In this document: piece by piece, positions 12,831 through 27,001 of the stretch
Numbering within the stretch: the stretch's first letter is position 1
How the letters are laid out: every line of letters begins with the position of its first letter
Assembly: GCA_012295275.1 (NCBI GenBank)
Contig: CM022669.1
Location: 1,922,001-1,986,000 of the forward strand
DNA length: 64,000 nucleotides
Direction of reading: 5' to 3'
Source of the DNA: Chrysomallon squamiferum
Taxonomy: Eukaryota; Animalia; Mollusca
Program-made: the position numbers and the translations under genes
The notes under the pieces: generated by a model
What the model was told of the DNA's origin: nothing
The model's database searches: none
What the model saw: only the letters and a program-made list of their open reading frames with translations

Positions 12831-13425
12831 AAATGCAAATTAAATACATAGCATATTTATGTAAATGAAACTGATTTAAAACAAATATATGTTGTTTGAC
12901 TAAATAGTGTTTGTGGTATTTAAAATGAAAATTTGATTTCCTAATTAGCAGTAGTAGTTACTATAATTAATAGTTTAAAAAATAAAATAAACACTAAGTA
13001 TGTTAAATTTTTCATTAATATCATTTTCCTGTAAAACTATATATATCATCATAAGGGGGGAGAAGAAGGAAAAAAAAAGAAAAGAAAAGAAAGCAGATTA
13101 TAATGACACCAAGACATCTTTGAAAGCACTAATATGAAAAACGTTACGAATTTTTTGGCTGAATACTGATTTACTGATATTTTTTCTTTAGAATCAATTG
13201 AGAAACGGTGATTCACTTCCTTCATTTTACAGTATTTTTTACGCATGCTGCTATCATTCATTAATTTTACTTAAATAATTAATTGAAATAACTATCTCAA
13301 ACGTTCCTTACTCTTTAATTATGTAATTCTCAAAAACTCCATAGAAATTAAACCATTATACGAAAAGATAATTTTTTCAGAAGTGGTGAATTGTAGAGGT
13401 CTTTGCATTTCAAGTATTTTATTTT

Positions 13426-13458
<33 letters not shown>

Positions 13459-14847
13459 CCGTTAATTAATAACAAATTAGCGTTATGACTTCATTATAAA
13501 GATATACAAAATTTCATAAAAATCTAAGTAATCAACATCTTTATCAGAAAGAAAATATTATCTAGAAGTGGAATATTATTCCTTCTATTTAGTAAATCAA
13601 ACAAGATAAACGAAACATCGAACTTCTCAAACATCGGGAGCAACAGCAGTCGCTAAGGCCACATCATTTGCTGAGAACATCTCACATTTTGGTAACCAAA
13701 TATTTATATGAAGTTTGGCAGGCTATGAGAGAAATGTATAATTTGTAACTTGTATATGATTTATAGTCCCGAATAAATTTAGCTTCGTAACGACAATGAT
13801 TTTGAAACGATAAACTTGCCTGTTGTTTAACAAAAATATTGTCGAAACAGCACACGAATGAGGGAAACCCCTTCATGGAAAGCAAAAACGAATCACGAAA
13901 ATCCGGCAAAATTTCGCTGATGCGCAGAGTCAATTTTTGTCATGTACCTAAAAACAGCAAATAAAGAAAAATTAATATCAACGTTGTTTTAAACAAAACA
14001 TTTGCTTTTTTAAACATGTATTTAAATTTTGAAAAAAAAAATAAATAAATAAAATATTAATATAAAATAGAAATGCTGTAAAGCAGAAACAGTAATGCTA
14101 TTGTTTTTATTCCCTCACCTTGAGCAAAGCAAAGTAATGTTACCTTAGGTATTCCGATCAGGAGTAAATTAATGTTGTAAAACTTCCCATGCTAAAGCAT
14201 GAACTTTGATTTTGATTTTAATTTCTATTTATAATAATAATTATTATTATTATTTGCATAGTTAGAATATTACTATGTGTGTGTATATATATTTAACTTT
14301 AATTTTAACTTATGTTTTGGTATATGTTTGTATCTAATGCAACTTATGTTTTAAACATTTAATTTTCTTAATTTTTAAATTTTAAATTTGTTTTTGAAAT
14401 TTTCATGTACAGAGAAATGATAAAAATGTTCTCACTGACTGAGGCACTGATACCATGGGGTGGGAAAATCAGGTCTACTTATTATTTTATTGTTAATAAC
14501 TTTGCAGTATACAGAATTTATTTATGTCTTTTGTTTGAACCATCTCAGAAATATTGTGATATAATAAAAGAATCAAACTCCTCAGTACACTCAGATAAAA
14601 AAAGAAAAAAACCCACAAAATACCCAACAAAAAAACCTCACCCACAAAACAACCTACACATCAAAATAAAACCCCCAAAACCCCAAAACAACAACAAACA
14701 ATGAAAAAGACAAAGGATTTTATATCAGTTTTAGTAAAAAATATTGTCATGTTTGAAAGAATAAAATGGTTAACTAAATGTAAACCATTTTACAAACTTT
14801 TAGAAACATAACTAAGAGTAAAATAAAAAAAAAGCCAAAAAACAAAA

Positions 14848-14886
<39 letters not shown>

Positions 14887-16098
14887 AATAAAGTCTTACA
14901 AAAACTGAAATTAAGAATTTAAGAATCAATGGTTAATTTTTTCGTAAATTAACTACATAAAATTAAAAATTAAAGAAAGAAAATATTAATCTATAGATAT
15001 TATTTATTTTATTTTATTTTTTTTAACTCCACATCTCTTGGCTTATCTCTTGTCAATATTACCTTTCATAATTCTCTTTTTATCTTCCTCTCTACTTCTA
15101 TTTATTGTCACTCTGCCTTATTTTATAAAACAAAGAGGCATTAATATTAGGATATACTGTGGTTTCTTTCTTTATTTAGTTTTTCCTTTAATAATTATAG
15201 TTTTCTTTCCAAGTCTTAGGTTATACTCCTGCCAACACTAACTGAACCTATTTTAGGTATGAAATGTTGTTTTTTTGTCAGTTACAAATTTAAATTTTAA
15301 TTTTATTTATTTATCAGGTACCATAATATTAAAGTAGTCTTAAAGTAAAATATAATTAATAATGTAAACCAAAATTTGTATGAAGAATAGAGCATTTTAA
15401 TTTGAATAATCTAGTCACAATTATATGGACATTTTTATTTAAATTTCATTTATTTTACAACAAACTGAATAAAAATAAAATATAATCCTTACAAAACAAA
15501 ATGTGCAATAAAAAGAAAATTAAACAAATGAAATAAAATATATAATTACAAAAAACTTTTACTAGTCATTTGTATTCCATTTATTAATTAAATAATGTAA
15601 AACAGTCAAAATAAGTTTTCACATACACATTTCTGAATATACTAAACTAGTTAAAATGTCTGATAACTGAATGTAACAAGTAATTTGTGGATTGGCATGA
15701 TATAATTATAGAACTAACTGACTCTGAGTATATATTGAACACACAAAAAATTGCCAGGTTACTGAAAATATGCTTGTTTTTTGTGTGTAATAGCTAACTG
15801 ACAGCCAGTTGATTCAAAGTATTTCAGAACTATATTGTGTATAAGTATATATTTAATTTAAGAAATATAATTGCATCACATTTTTCAAAACTTCACATTG
15901 TATGTTAATGTCAGCTGACTGAATATACACATTACAGTATCCATTTAGTATAAACAAAATGATATACAATGCCTGTAACTAAATATATTGGACAATACTG
16001 GTTTTATATTTTAATAATGTCTTAATTAGAAAGACGCTGAAATTTCATTGTTGCTTAAAATTGATAATATTTCTTTAGAATATATACTAAATCCAAAT

Positions 16099-19000
16099 GA
16101 AATTTTATGCATTTTGTAGCATTTTAAATAACTGTAAATAGATAACTATCCCTTATACCACAAAAAAAAAAGAAAAAAAAAAAAAGTTAAAACAAACAAA
16201 CAAAAAACTCCCAAAAAACCAAACTAAAAACAGAAAAAAATAATATCTAGGGATCTTTTTTCTTTTCTTATATTTAGTATTTTTTTTAAATATTTTAAAA
16301 AGAAGTTACTAATAACTAATGTGAAGCATATAGCTGCAGCATTATCATTTAATAATATTTTAGTTAAGAAAATAATTTGATGTAAATTTATTTCAGAATT
16401 AACAATATTATTAAATATTTAGTTTTAATGTAATAAAGAAAGAAGCAATGCTTTGTTATGAGTTAATATTACAAATCATTTTATGCTTAATGTTTTTACT
16501 GTAATGTATAAAAGTAAATATATTTCATTGGTATATATATATGTATGTATGTATGTATGTGTATATATATATATATATATATTTTACATTTAAAGAAAAC
16601 ATTTAGTAATATTCCTTTTATTTTGTGTTATGTTATGTGATGTTTATATTTGTGTTAATGTGTGTGTGTGTGTGTGTGAGGGAGAGACAGCATGTTTGTT
16701 AATCAAATTATTTTATCTTATGACTTAAAACTAACCTTTATTAATGATAAACTATGCATTAAAACTGGAAGCCTTAACATAAATATGAAATTGACTTTTT
16801 CCCTTTCCTTTTGAATATTTATGACACCACATTAACAAGAAATGTTAAAAAATCAAATAAAGTAAACAACAAAAAAAACCCATGAAAACAACACCACCAA
16901 CAAAAACAAAACCATCCAATTTTTGCAACATAGCCTGTGGTTTACTCCTTTATTTCCTTTAAAATTTACAGTGTGTGAATCAATGCCAAACTTACTATAT
17001 GTATTTTAATTTCACTTTAGTTTTAGTTTTCTTAGTATGCATAGTTTAAAAGTTCTGTTCATCAGTTCATCAGTTTTGTGTATGTGTGGGCAAATCAAAC
17101 TTAATGATGAAATAATGTACTATAGAATGAAAGAAGGATTTTTAAAGGATATTTAGTTTTTTATATAAATAGAAAAACTCAGGATATTGATGAAAAAATA
17201 TGTCTTTCATTCCTTTCATCCATTAAGTCATTTTATATGTTTGTGAATACTTATAATTAATTTGCACTGGCAATCCATCAGAGACAGCTTATTTTATTAG
17301 CATTAAATAATAAATGCTATTCATTATATTGTTGTTTTCCAACCAGAATATTGCTTATTCAGTGTATTATTGGGTTCTTAATTCTCTTTATATTAAACAG
17401 AATTCAATAAATGTTTGTTCATTTTTTTTTTTTTTTTTTTAATCAAAGGGTGGTAACATAATTAGATTATAAAACCTAGTTTATAAATTCATTTCTATTT
17501 GAAAGATTAATCTTTTAAGATTAGGTATAACTGCTAATACAAATTAATAATCAAATAATAATTAAAAAAATTGCTTGTTGCAGCTGATAAACATTCTTTT
17601 AGCTGCCATTACATTATAATAATCTATGACACTGCCAAAATCAGTTGCTTTGAATATATTCTTGAAGTTTTGATTTTTCAGTTTGATATAAAAATGATAA
17701 AATAATTAAACAGATCTGGTAATATAGCCAAAATTACTGACAGTTATAAACAATACCATGTTTAGATAGTTTAGTCTTTTATACAAATATAACTGTTATT
17801 TTTCATAACATAAACAACAAGCATTTTCCTTTTAGCTGTACAATGAACTAACAGCATTCATTGCTAAACTCATGTTGTATTAGCAATATATCAAAATCTA
17901 GTGTGATTTTCAAAGTTCTAAATTAAATATAATATTTTGATCTTGAAATTTTATTTTAAACCATTTTTTTTTCATGGCTATAAGGTATTTTGTTTGATGA
18001 AACTCATGTCACTTTTCATGCCCTGACTAATTGTTTATTTCATTTGCTTTTTTATCTTTTTTAATTTGTTTTTTTTTTAAATATTTAGATCATTTTTGTT
18101 TTACACAGGATAACATTATGAAGCTTCATAATGATTAAAAGAAAAATTTGAAATTACCCCAAAATTTAATAAATATTTTCATAATGATTATATGTTAGAT
18201 GAGTAACATCTGAAAGGTATTACTTAGTAGTTGATGCAAACAACTTTATCCTTACTTATTTGTGAGTTGGACCAGATATCCTTAACTATTTATCTGAAAA
18301 CTAAGATGTCTAAGGTTTGGTTTATAGTTATATTCATTTATATATAATTTTAGCTGGAATATAATGGTTAATTGATCAAAGCAGATACTGAACTTAAAAG
18401 ACCTTCTAATAGCTATGGTTTAGGCCATAAACATAAAAATTTGTTTTATATACTATCAAATTTTGTTTCATCAGACATACAAAGTAAAGTACTTTAAGAA
18501 AGTAGTCGTATCAATGGTTACTTTTTGTTTACTATGAAAAAACATTGTAAAAATGCGGAGTGTTGTTTTTTCATTCAGGCTTTTTTTTTTCTTTTTTTTT
18601 TCATAAATTGTTGCTTTATTTATTTTAGCCAAAATTACATTGATATGAACATTTAAAAGAAAAGAAGATTAAAAATTAAAAATTTTCTTTCACACTTATG
18701 TTAGAAGCAGGTGGGTAGGTGAAAAATATATTATGATATACTGGCTTACAATGTCCATTTTGTTTATAGTTGTTGTCATCAGACTGTCGCCTTGACAACC
18801 AGTGACACAAAAAGTAGAGTATTGATTTTGAATGTTCAGGTTTGGCTTCTTGTCAGCATATCGACAGTGTTAATTTGTACCTCAGTCTATTCCTGCAGGC
18901 AGTGAAGGAATCTAGAAACAGCCAACAAGTGAAATGGTTTATCCAAAATTGCAGTTAGTTAGTGTGTTAAATTTTCACTGAATCCAGGTAATATTTCAAA

Positions 19001-19765
19001 TGAACTTTTTTATATATTTATTCTTCATTAGAGTGTAGTGGCTCTTGCAATTGTATTATTTATTTATGTGTATCCAGGTAACACAAATGAAGTGGAACTA
19101 GGTTTGATTTTGTTTTTGAGGTGATTATATATCTATATACAGGACAGGAATGACTTTTTTGAAATACTGTTTTTGGTTAGGATTTGTTTTTCGTTTTGTA
19201 TGTAATTTAGTTGGTTATATTCACAAAATTTACAATTAACTTTTAATTGAAATATGTTAAATAAATTGGTATGTAGATAAATTAATAGAAAAATAAAGAG
19301 AATTAGTATATAGGTCTGTAGTTATGCTCTATTGATCCAAATAAATTAATACCATTAAAGGATTCAAATACACCATAAATGCACATCCACACACACATAC
19401 AGTTGCAAAGGACAAGTTATAAAAAATATCAATTTTATTTAAAATAACAGAACATTAATATATAGTTTTAAAAACATTTTTACATTATTTGTAATATGTC
19501 TTAATCCTTTTTTTTTTCTTTTTAACTTAGTTTTACTTTTATGCTGTTTTATAACAATACTGTCATGATCATGAAAAACTTATCATATTTGCCATTTTTG
19601 TAATGTGTTTAGGATGGAAATTTTATGCATTTTGTTGCATTTTAAACAACTGTAAATAGATAACTATCCCTTATACCACAAAAAAGAAAGAAAGAAAAAA
19701 GAAAAAAGTTAAAACAAACAAACAAAAAACTCCCCAAAAACCAAACTAAAAACAGAAAAAAATAA
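16099..19765 (+). repeat. Dispersed ~145-bp direct repeat (16099-16243 and 19617-19765)
   Basis: GAAATTTTATGCATTTTGT..AACTGTAAATAGATAACTATCCCTTATACCAC..CCAAACTAAAAACAGAAAAAAATAA occurs twice. Confidence 0.85.
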
Positions 19766-21042
19766 GCCAAACTTATCTATCATTTATTGAATTAAGAATT
19801 TAAATTACTGTTCCTATACCTTTTCCCCTGTTTCTTTAACAGAATGCATTTTAAAGATGTTGTTTTTATACAGGCAGATTATTTATTTTTCTATTTTATT
19901 TTTTTGTTTGTTTGTTATAATGTGATGATGTCTCAGAAACCTACTGTGTCACCATAGGTTAGTCTTATTGATTAGAAGCAAAAATCTTTTTTATGTTTAT
20001 TATTGTGGACAGGAAAGCACATTAAAGCCTTTGAAAAATCAGTCATGAAGCTTTTACTGGAACAGCAAATAACTTAATATGTTTACTAAGAAACACTGAA
20101 GCAGTTGTTATATTCACTTCTTTTCCTTGATATAAAAGTGTAAGAAATTTTATATTAAAGCAACATTAATTAAAAATTATATCTATTTTTTTAACACAAC
20201 ATTGCTAACATTTTTTTTATCTATTTTTTTCTTTTTCTTGTAGACAGAAATTTGGTTTGTTAGTTATTCAGATATTTAATAAAACCTGATTTGTTGACAG
20301 AATAAAATCAGATCTGTTATTATGGTGTCAAAATGGATTACTTTGATGACATTTGAATTAAGTGCATTTGTGGCTAGATTACTACTAATAATACTAAGTT
20401 GTTAAATAAGTTCAAATATTATAAGATATGGCATTACCTTTATTTGCCAGTATCCATCAAATCTCAGAGAATGGCCAGAAATCATTTATGTTTATGTAGC
20501 AGATTGGTCTTAAATCAGTATTTTGTTTTCTTCTTGTTTTTATATTATTTTATTTTGTTTTTTATTTTAAATCATTATTTTTATTTTTATTATTATTATT
20601 TTTTTTTTATTGTCAACAATGCAGAAATGTCTGGTTTTATGTTAGATATTATTTATTATTTTGAGTAAAAGCTAGAAACACGATAAATATGGATAAGAAA
20701 TGCTTTTCTCTTTGTTTTAAATCTAAAGATTAATTGTTATAGATGGATATGCTTGAATATATCTTTTACTGACAATAATACAGTTATTTCAGTGTTAATG
20801 ATAACAATAATATATACAAATATATATACAGAGAGAGGAATAAAAGAATATAGAAACAGGAATTTTGTTTGAAGAAAATTCAGTAAGTCAAACTTTTTCA
20901 ACATGCTTACATTCATGGAAGTATAGAGCTTATTTGTATGGAACATGGATGACTATAGAAAACAAAAACAAACAAAAAATTATATGTATATCATATATTT
21001 TTACAGGATTAATTATGGGTAGATGTTGGTATCTCTTAAAAT

Positions 21043-21361
21043 GGGGTATGGAAAAAATTGCCCTGGAAAAAATGACATCCAGAAGAAATGGCACTGTGCA
21101 GATTTGTGTTGTCTATATGTATGTGTATATTGTAACATGAAACTCTGATATAATACTGTACTTTGTTAAGCAAAATCAAGTGGCTGGATGATGCTATATA
21201 TTAATATATATATATGTAACAATATTGCAGTGATAAACTGTATTTTCAAAAGTTTTTTAAATTGTTTTTTAAAGTAACTATAAGAAAAAATAAATAAAAT
21301 GCAATTTTTTACAAATCTGTACAGTGGCATTTTGTCCGGGTGCCATTTTTTCCTACAGCCC
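21043..21361. mobile_element. Small MITE (~320 bp)
   Basis: ~45-bp imperfect inverted repeats GGAAAAAATGACATCCAGAAGAAATGGCACTGTGCAGATTTGT / ACAAATCTGTACAGTGGCATTTTGTCCGGGTGCCATTTTTTCC; TTAA at 21036-21039 and 21362-21365. Confidence 0.6.
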
Positions 21362-21897
21362 TTAACACTGATGACTGACCACAGAATTGATTTGTTATTT
21401 CTTTACAGCAGTAAGTATGTTATGTGCAGGTGTTTCCACAATAACAGGAAATTAAGGAAATGTCTGCTTCCACTTGGGTGTTTCATTACCCAAACAATGA
21501 ACTATTATTAGTTTATCACCACAGTTAGCCTATATCCTTATTTATGTGTTAAATATATTATATTATGTTCATCAATTTGCCCAATTTATGCAAGTTTTTA
21601 TTTATTGTTGCTATTGCGAGACTGAATTAAAGAGATAAATGTTATTGATAGTGATAATATGGTCTAAAGTATAAATATATCATGTAATATTAATATTCAA
21701 ATCCATTTATTCATCAATATGTACATTAACTTAAGAACATTTTTTATATTAAATACTTTTTAAAACTGTTTCAAACCTTGATCTTAGACAACTTAATTTA
21801 TCAAATACAATAAATAATTTAAATAAATAAAAGAAAAGAAAAAGAAAAAATTCCATAAAACATCCTCAATAATAAGAATAAACCTCTCAAAAAACCC

Positions 21898-21930
<33 letters not shown>

Positions 21931-22583
21931 AACAGAAATATATGAACAAATAAATAAAAATAAAATAAAATAACCGAAACACTACCTTGCCTCCAATATG
22001 GACATTTTATCCTTTTGAAAGAAGAAGCATGGAAACAACCTGTCAAATGGATCAAACCACGAAAATAAATGTAATAATCTGAAAACGCTCCATACACACA
22101 AGCTGCTATGAATCTTATAATTAAATGGATTATAAAATCATTAACCTTACCAATTCCTTTTCACCTTTTTTCTCATTTGCCAAGTAAATAACCTTCAGTA
22201 ATTGTTTCATGTATAATTCATATTTTTATGAACTATTATATTTTACTACATCTACAGTTTCAGGTAAGGTACATCAGATTATATTACAACACAACAATCC
22301 TTTAAAAAAAAAAAAAAAAAATTTGCCTTCTTTTTCTACATTTCAGCATAAGAAATATTATTAATGGTAATATTGCCAGCACACACCTACAGCCACATAT
22401 ACACATGTACACAAACACACATACTCAAATTAGAAAAAAAGAGAGTTTTAATCATGCAAGTTTAGTGTTCATTAGTGCAGATTTTCAGCCAATTTAGTTC
22501 TAGTTTGTGAGAGATAGGTACATCTACAGGTGTTTCTTGATTATAAAATGTGCCAGTTAAAATTCTGTTAAGTCAACTTTGTA

Positions 22584-22587
<4 letters not shown>

Positions 22588-22655
<68 letters not shown>
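22588..22655. repeat. (CT)n microsatellite
   Basis: Direct observation. Confidence 0.95.
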
Positions 22656-22659
<4 letters not shown>

Positions 22660-25600
22660 TGTTTATGATGATCTGAGAAAGCCTCCAGAATATAATAAGA
22701 ATCTATTAGCATATAAATAACAATGATCTTTTTGCCTAGCAACAAAGATTTTTTCATGCATTAAACAATCATTACTTTCTATTTTTACTTGTTTATAAAT
22801 GATATTTTTCCACTATTCATTTCTGTTCCAAATAATTTTCCTTTTTCATGAATTTATATGTATGTGACTTGCCTAATTTTTGTATTTCACTCCAGAATAG
22901 TCAAAAATTCCCATTATGTATTGACAGGAATTAATCTTAATTAGATTAATTTTTTTGATCTTCACTATCAACTGGTAAGGGTAAAAAGAAGTAGCAAAAA
23001 AATTCTTAAATATTGCCTCATGTTCTGGAAATCTATTTCATAACAGTATATTATGGCATCCAGAGAGATGGGACAGAGGAATCATTTTCAGCTACCTGTA
23101 AAATATTGTCCTGGAATTTACTACAATTCATTTCTCAATTACCCCTTTTAAATTAGATACCTATTTACAATAAAAGAACACACTTGGTCAAAAATAGAGC
23201 ATTCTTTATGTATCTAATTATAGCTCTGAAATTTATTGAAGCATACAGAAAAAGCTTAAAACAAACTACTGGGTATGAACATATTTTTTGTTTTGGAAAC
23301 AGATACAGTATTTCTAATTATAACAGTTACCTTAGAAGCACAGTGAATATTCATTACTTGACCTTATCATTGCTTTGCTCTCTAGTTCATGGGCAAGTTT
23401 ATTTCAATATGATAAATGTTACTTACTAAGCAATCAGTAGAAGTATGTATACATGGATGAACAATAAGACCTATGTATATGTCAGTGGTAATTAGTGATA
23501 CTTTTCTATTATTAAGAACTCTCCCAGTCCAGAAACTATTAGAATATTTTAATGTAGCAAAATTTAAAAGCATGGAAGTAAATAGTAATTATTTTGCTTA
23601 TTTTGTTTTCTAACCATATTTTAATCTTTTCCTAACAATGGCAGTATCAGAGCCAGAAATAAATTAATTTCTTTTCTTTCATAATATAAAATTACAGATT
23701 GTTATTTTTTCAAACTTTTTTGAAAAGGGTTGAAAACACACAACAAAAACTACATTATTTTTTTCTTCTAAACTTTTAATTAATCTTTTAATTTATATTT
23801 ATATATTTATTTCCTGTATTTAGGAATTGTTTGGTTGAGAACAGACATGACATATAAAATTCTATTCTGTTAATCAGTTGTTAATTATTTATTTGATTCT
23901 GTGTAAATAATGTTTTCCTTTCAGAGAAGAGACATTTTTGTCTCGCAGAGACCTCTTATTTATGCATTACTTTATTGTTAGAGTTAGTTAAATATTTTAT
24001 GAAGACATTTAACATGTTCATAATTTGGTTTCTAATTCTATTAATAATATATCCACAATATTCCATGTCATATTTTTTAATTCCATTGTTCATTCATAAA
24101 ATTTAATGTAAAATAAAATAAAATAAAATAAAATAAAATAAAATAAAATAAATAAATAAATAAATAAGAAAAATAAGAAAAAAGAAAAAGAAAAGATTAT
24201 AATAACAAGTTGAAATTGCATATATCAGATATTTTGTGATGGCTACATGCTTTTTTTTATCAAATAATATATGTTAATATACTGAAAAATATTCATTTTT
24301 CTGTTTTACTTTTCAGGATTTGTCTAATAATTTTGTTGCAGTTGAACCCAATTAGTTTACATTTGACTATTATTGGCTGTCAGTCAAAGGCAGTACCAAA
24401 TTGTTTGGATATTGATTTGTATACAGGCTGATTATTGTAATCCATAGATCCAAGATCTATGTGGAACACAATGACTTGCTACCTGTTGTTATGCAAGGCT
24501 TCCCGAAGGCTATTTGTTATGTTATTAGAACACTGAATATATATATATTATCTTGTATGTTATACAGTAGTATATTATGACTACAGTGGTTATTGTTGTT
24601 AAGTTTAAACATTATTTATATTTGGAATTTAGTTTTTGAAGAACCACATTTGTTTGGGTAATTATTTTTTATTTATTTTTAAATTCTGAATTGAAATAAT
24701 GTTGTACTTTATACTAGCTATCACAGCCAAAGCTACTTATGTAGTGTATGATACTGTAATATGTAAAATGTTACAAAAGTGTTTTTCTATATACATATGC
24801 TGTAATGTGATTTAATATTTTGTGAATTCTTAAATTATTTTTATATTTAAAAGAAAAAGTCTAACAAATTTTATCCTCTATGTTAATGATAAAGATAATG
24901 TTAAAATTTTACAGTTTCAGTTATTTTCAGGCACAGAGACAAATGCATGAAACTTTAGACTGTGTTGAAGTTTTGTCAAACTCAGAATTTGCTCTGGAAA
25001 TCCTTGTGGATATCATATCTGTGGGTTATTCATTAAATTTTAAAACTTTTTTAACACAATAAAATCAAAATTAATAAATAAAAAATAACAAACTATAGAT
25101 TAAATATTGTTTAAATGCAACAAATAAAACAAAAGTATTTATTTCTAATAAAAAGGTATTTTTTTTATTTTTATAACATACAACACAAACAGTACAACAA
25201 GCAACTGAAAACAAATTTAGTTTTCTACATGCTTTGCCCAGATTTGTCTCGGAGTAGTAGACCTATGATTATAGAATTAGAAACTCTATTGTTACTACTT
25301 ATTTTTTATGTAATGGTATCAGTTACCTAGCATTTTGTTGGATGTTTTAGGTAAAGACTTTAAGTAGATTACAGAAAAAAGCTGGTTTTGGCATTTCATT
25401 ATATACAACTGAATAAGCTATGAATGATCTAGTGAAAGCTGGACAAACAAATTTAGCACATTTTTCATGGTTAACTGTCATTATTGATGGAAAAAAACAG
25501 AGGTAATGTTGGACATTTTCTGAGATCTTTTAACATTTTAAACTATCTAAATATGAAGACACAGAGATGATTTTGAAAATTTATGCAGGTTTTGTTAATA

Positions 25601-26212
25601 TTTTGTTAAAATACAAGCGAAAGAAGTAATTCTAGAAATTTGCACAATGTTTTTATTGGTTCAGATTTATTAAATAACAAATCCTTTAATGTTTTAATTT
25701 ATTTAAATAAGAAAACAGAAGATTTTTAAAACTTTCTGCACATGTTTTTAGTGGTTTAAATTTGTTGTCCAATAAGATACTGAGACTACAATGAATTATA
25801 TATACTGTCATAATAACCAAGATTTGATGGCATGGGTTTCCTCTCTAATGTTACTGTTAAACAATAAATAAAATCTATATGAAAAAAGCATAATAACTTT
25901 AACAATCAGAAAATCACTTGTTAATTCATTCTTATATATAAAAAAAATAATTGTTTATATATTTTTTTAATATTTTCAGGTGAGCCCAGAATATTTTTAA
26001 CAGATCTATAGACCTGAAGAAAAGATGGCTGAAGTGGAGAAAGAACTTCATACTGATCAAAGAGAACTTTAACACTTTTTGAATATTCCAATATCAAGAT
26101 GATAGAATGTTACCTTGAAATTTTACCTTTTTACAAGGGCAAGATCAATCAGAAATAACTGTTTCTTTAAAACTGAATTTGTCTGAAAAGTGAATTGTAA
26201 AAGACAAAAATC

Positions 26213-27001
26213 ATGATGTCCATTTCACGGCTGTACCGTTTAATGGGAAAACATTCTTGTTGTTTACGTTTAATTATTCTATTAAGTGGTCTTGTATTGG
26301 GCTACCTGCTTTCAGTTTTTCTGGTATCAGATAAAACATCAGAGTCCAGTAATGGGTTTTCACTCTACACCCAGATAGATAACAATTTCAATCATCGTAC
26401 TCTACTTTCCTTTAATGGTTCAAATTACCCAACAGATATATTTTCTGTGGCAGATAGACGGAAGGGAGCTGTTATTTTGCACGTTTCTGGCATGGTTTAC
26501 ATGTTTGTTGCACTAGCAATTGTCTGTGATGAATTCTTTGTCCCTTCTCTTGGTGTCATAACAGAAACATTGAAGATCTCAGAAGATGTTGCTGGCGCCA
26601 CTTTTATGGCTGCTGGTGGAAGTGCTCCAGAATTATTCACAAATCTCATTGGTGTGTTCATATCAAAGACCGATGTTGGAATTGGTACTATTGTTGGCTC
26701 TGCTGTATTTAATATTCTTTTTGTTATTGGTATGTGTGCAGTGTTTAGCAAAGAGCTACTGAAGCTGACATGGTGGCCATTGTTTCGGGATGTTACTTTT
26801 TACAGTTTTGATCTAATTTTGCTGATTGTGTTTTTTGTTGATGACAAGATACAATGGTGGGAATCATTGGTACTTTTGTCCTGTTATTTCATATATGTGA
26901 CTTTCATGAAGTTTAATGTACACATTGAAACTGCTCTGAAAAACTGTTTGAAGAGGACATCTCTGAATAAGGTGGCGAGTGCAGATAATCTTCTGAACCG
27001 G
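26213..27001 (+). CDS. SLC24A2: NCKX first coding exon (N-terminal hydrophobic segment, first TM cluster, alpha-1 repeat); exon probably begins at 25980
   Basis: ORF 26213..27100 is cut at donor CGG|gtaaat (27001/27002); acceptor tattttcag at 25971-25979. Confidence 0.95.
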
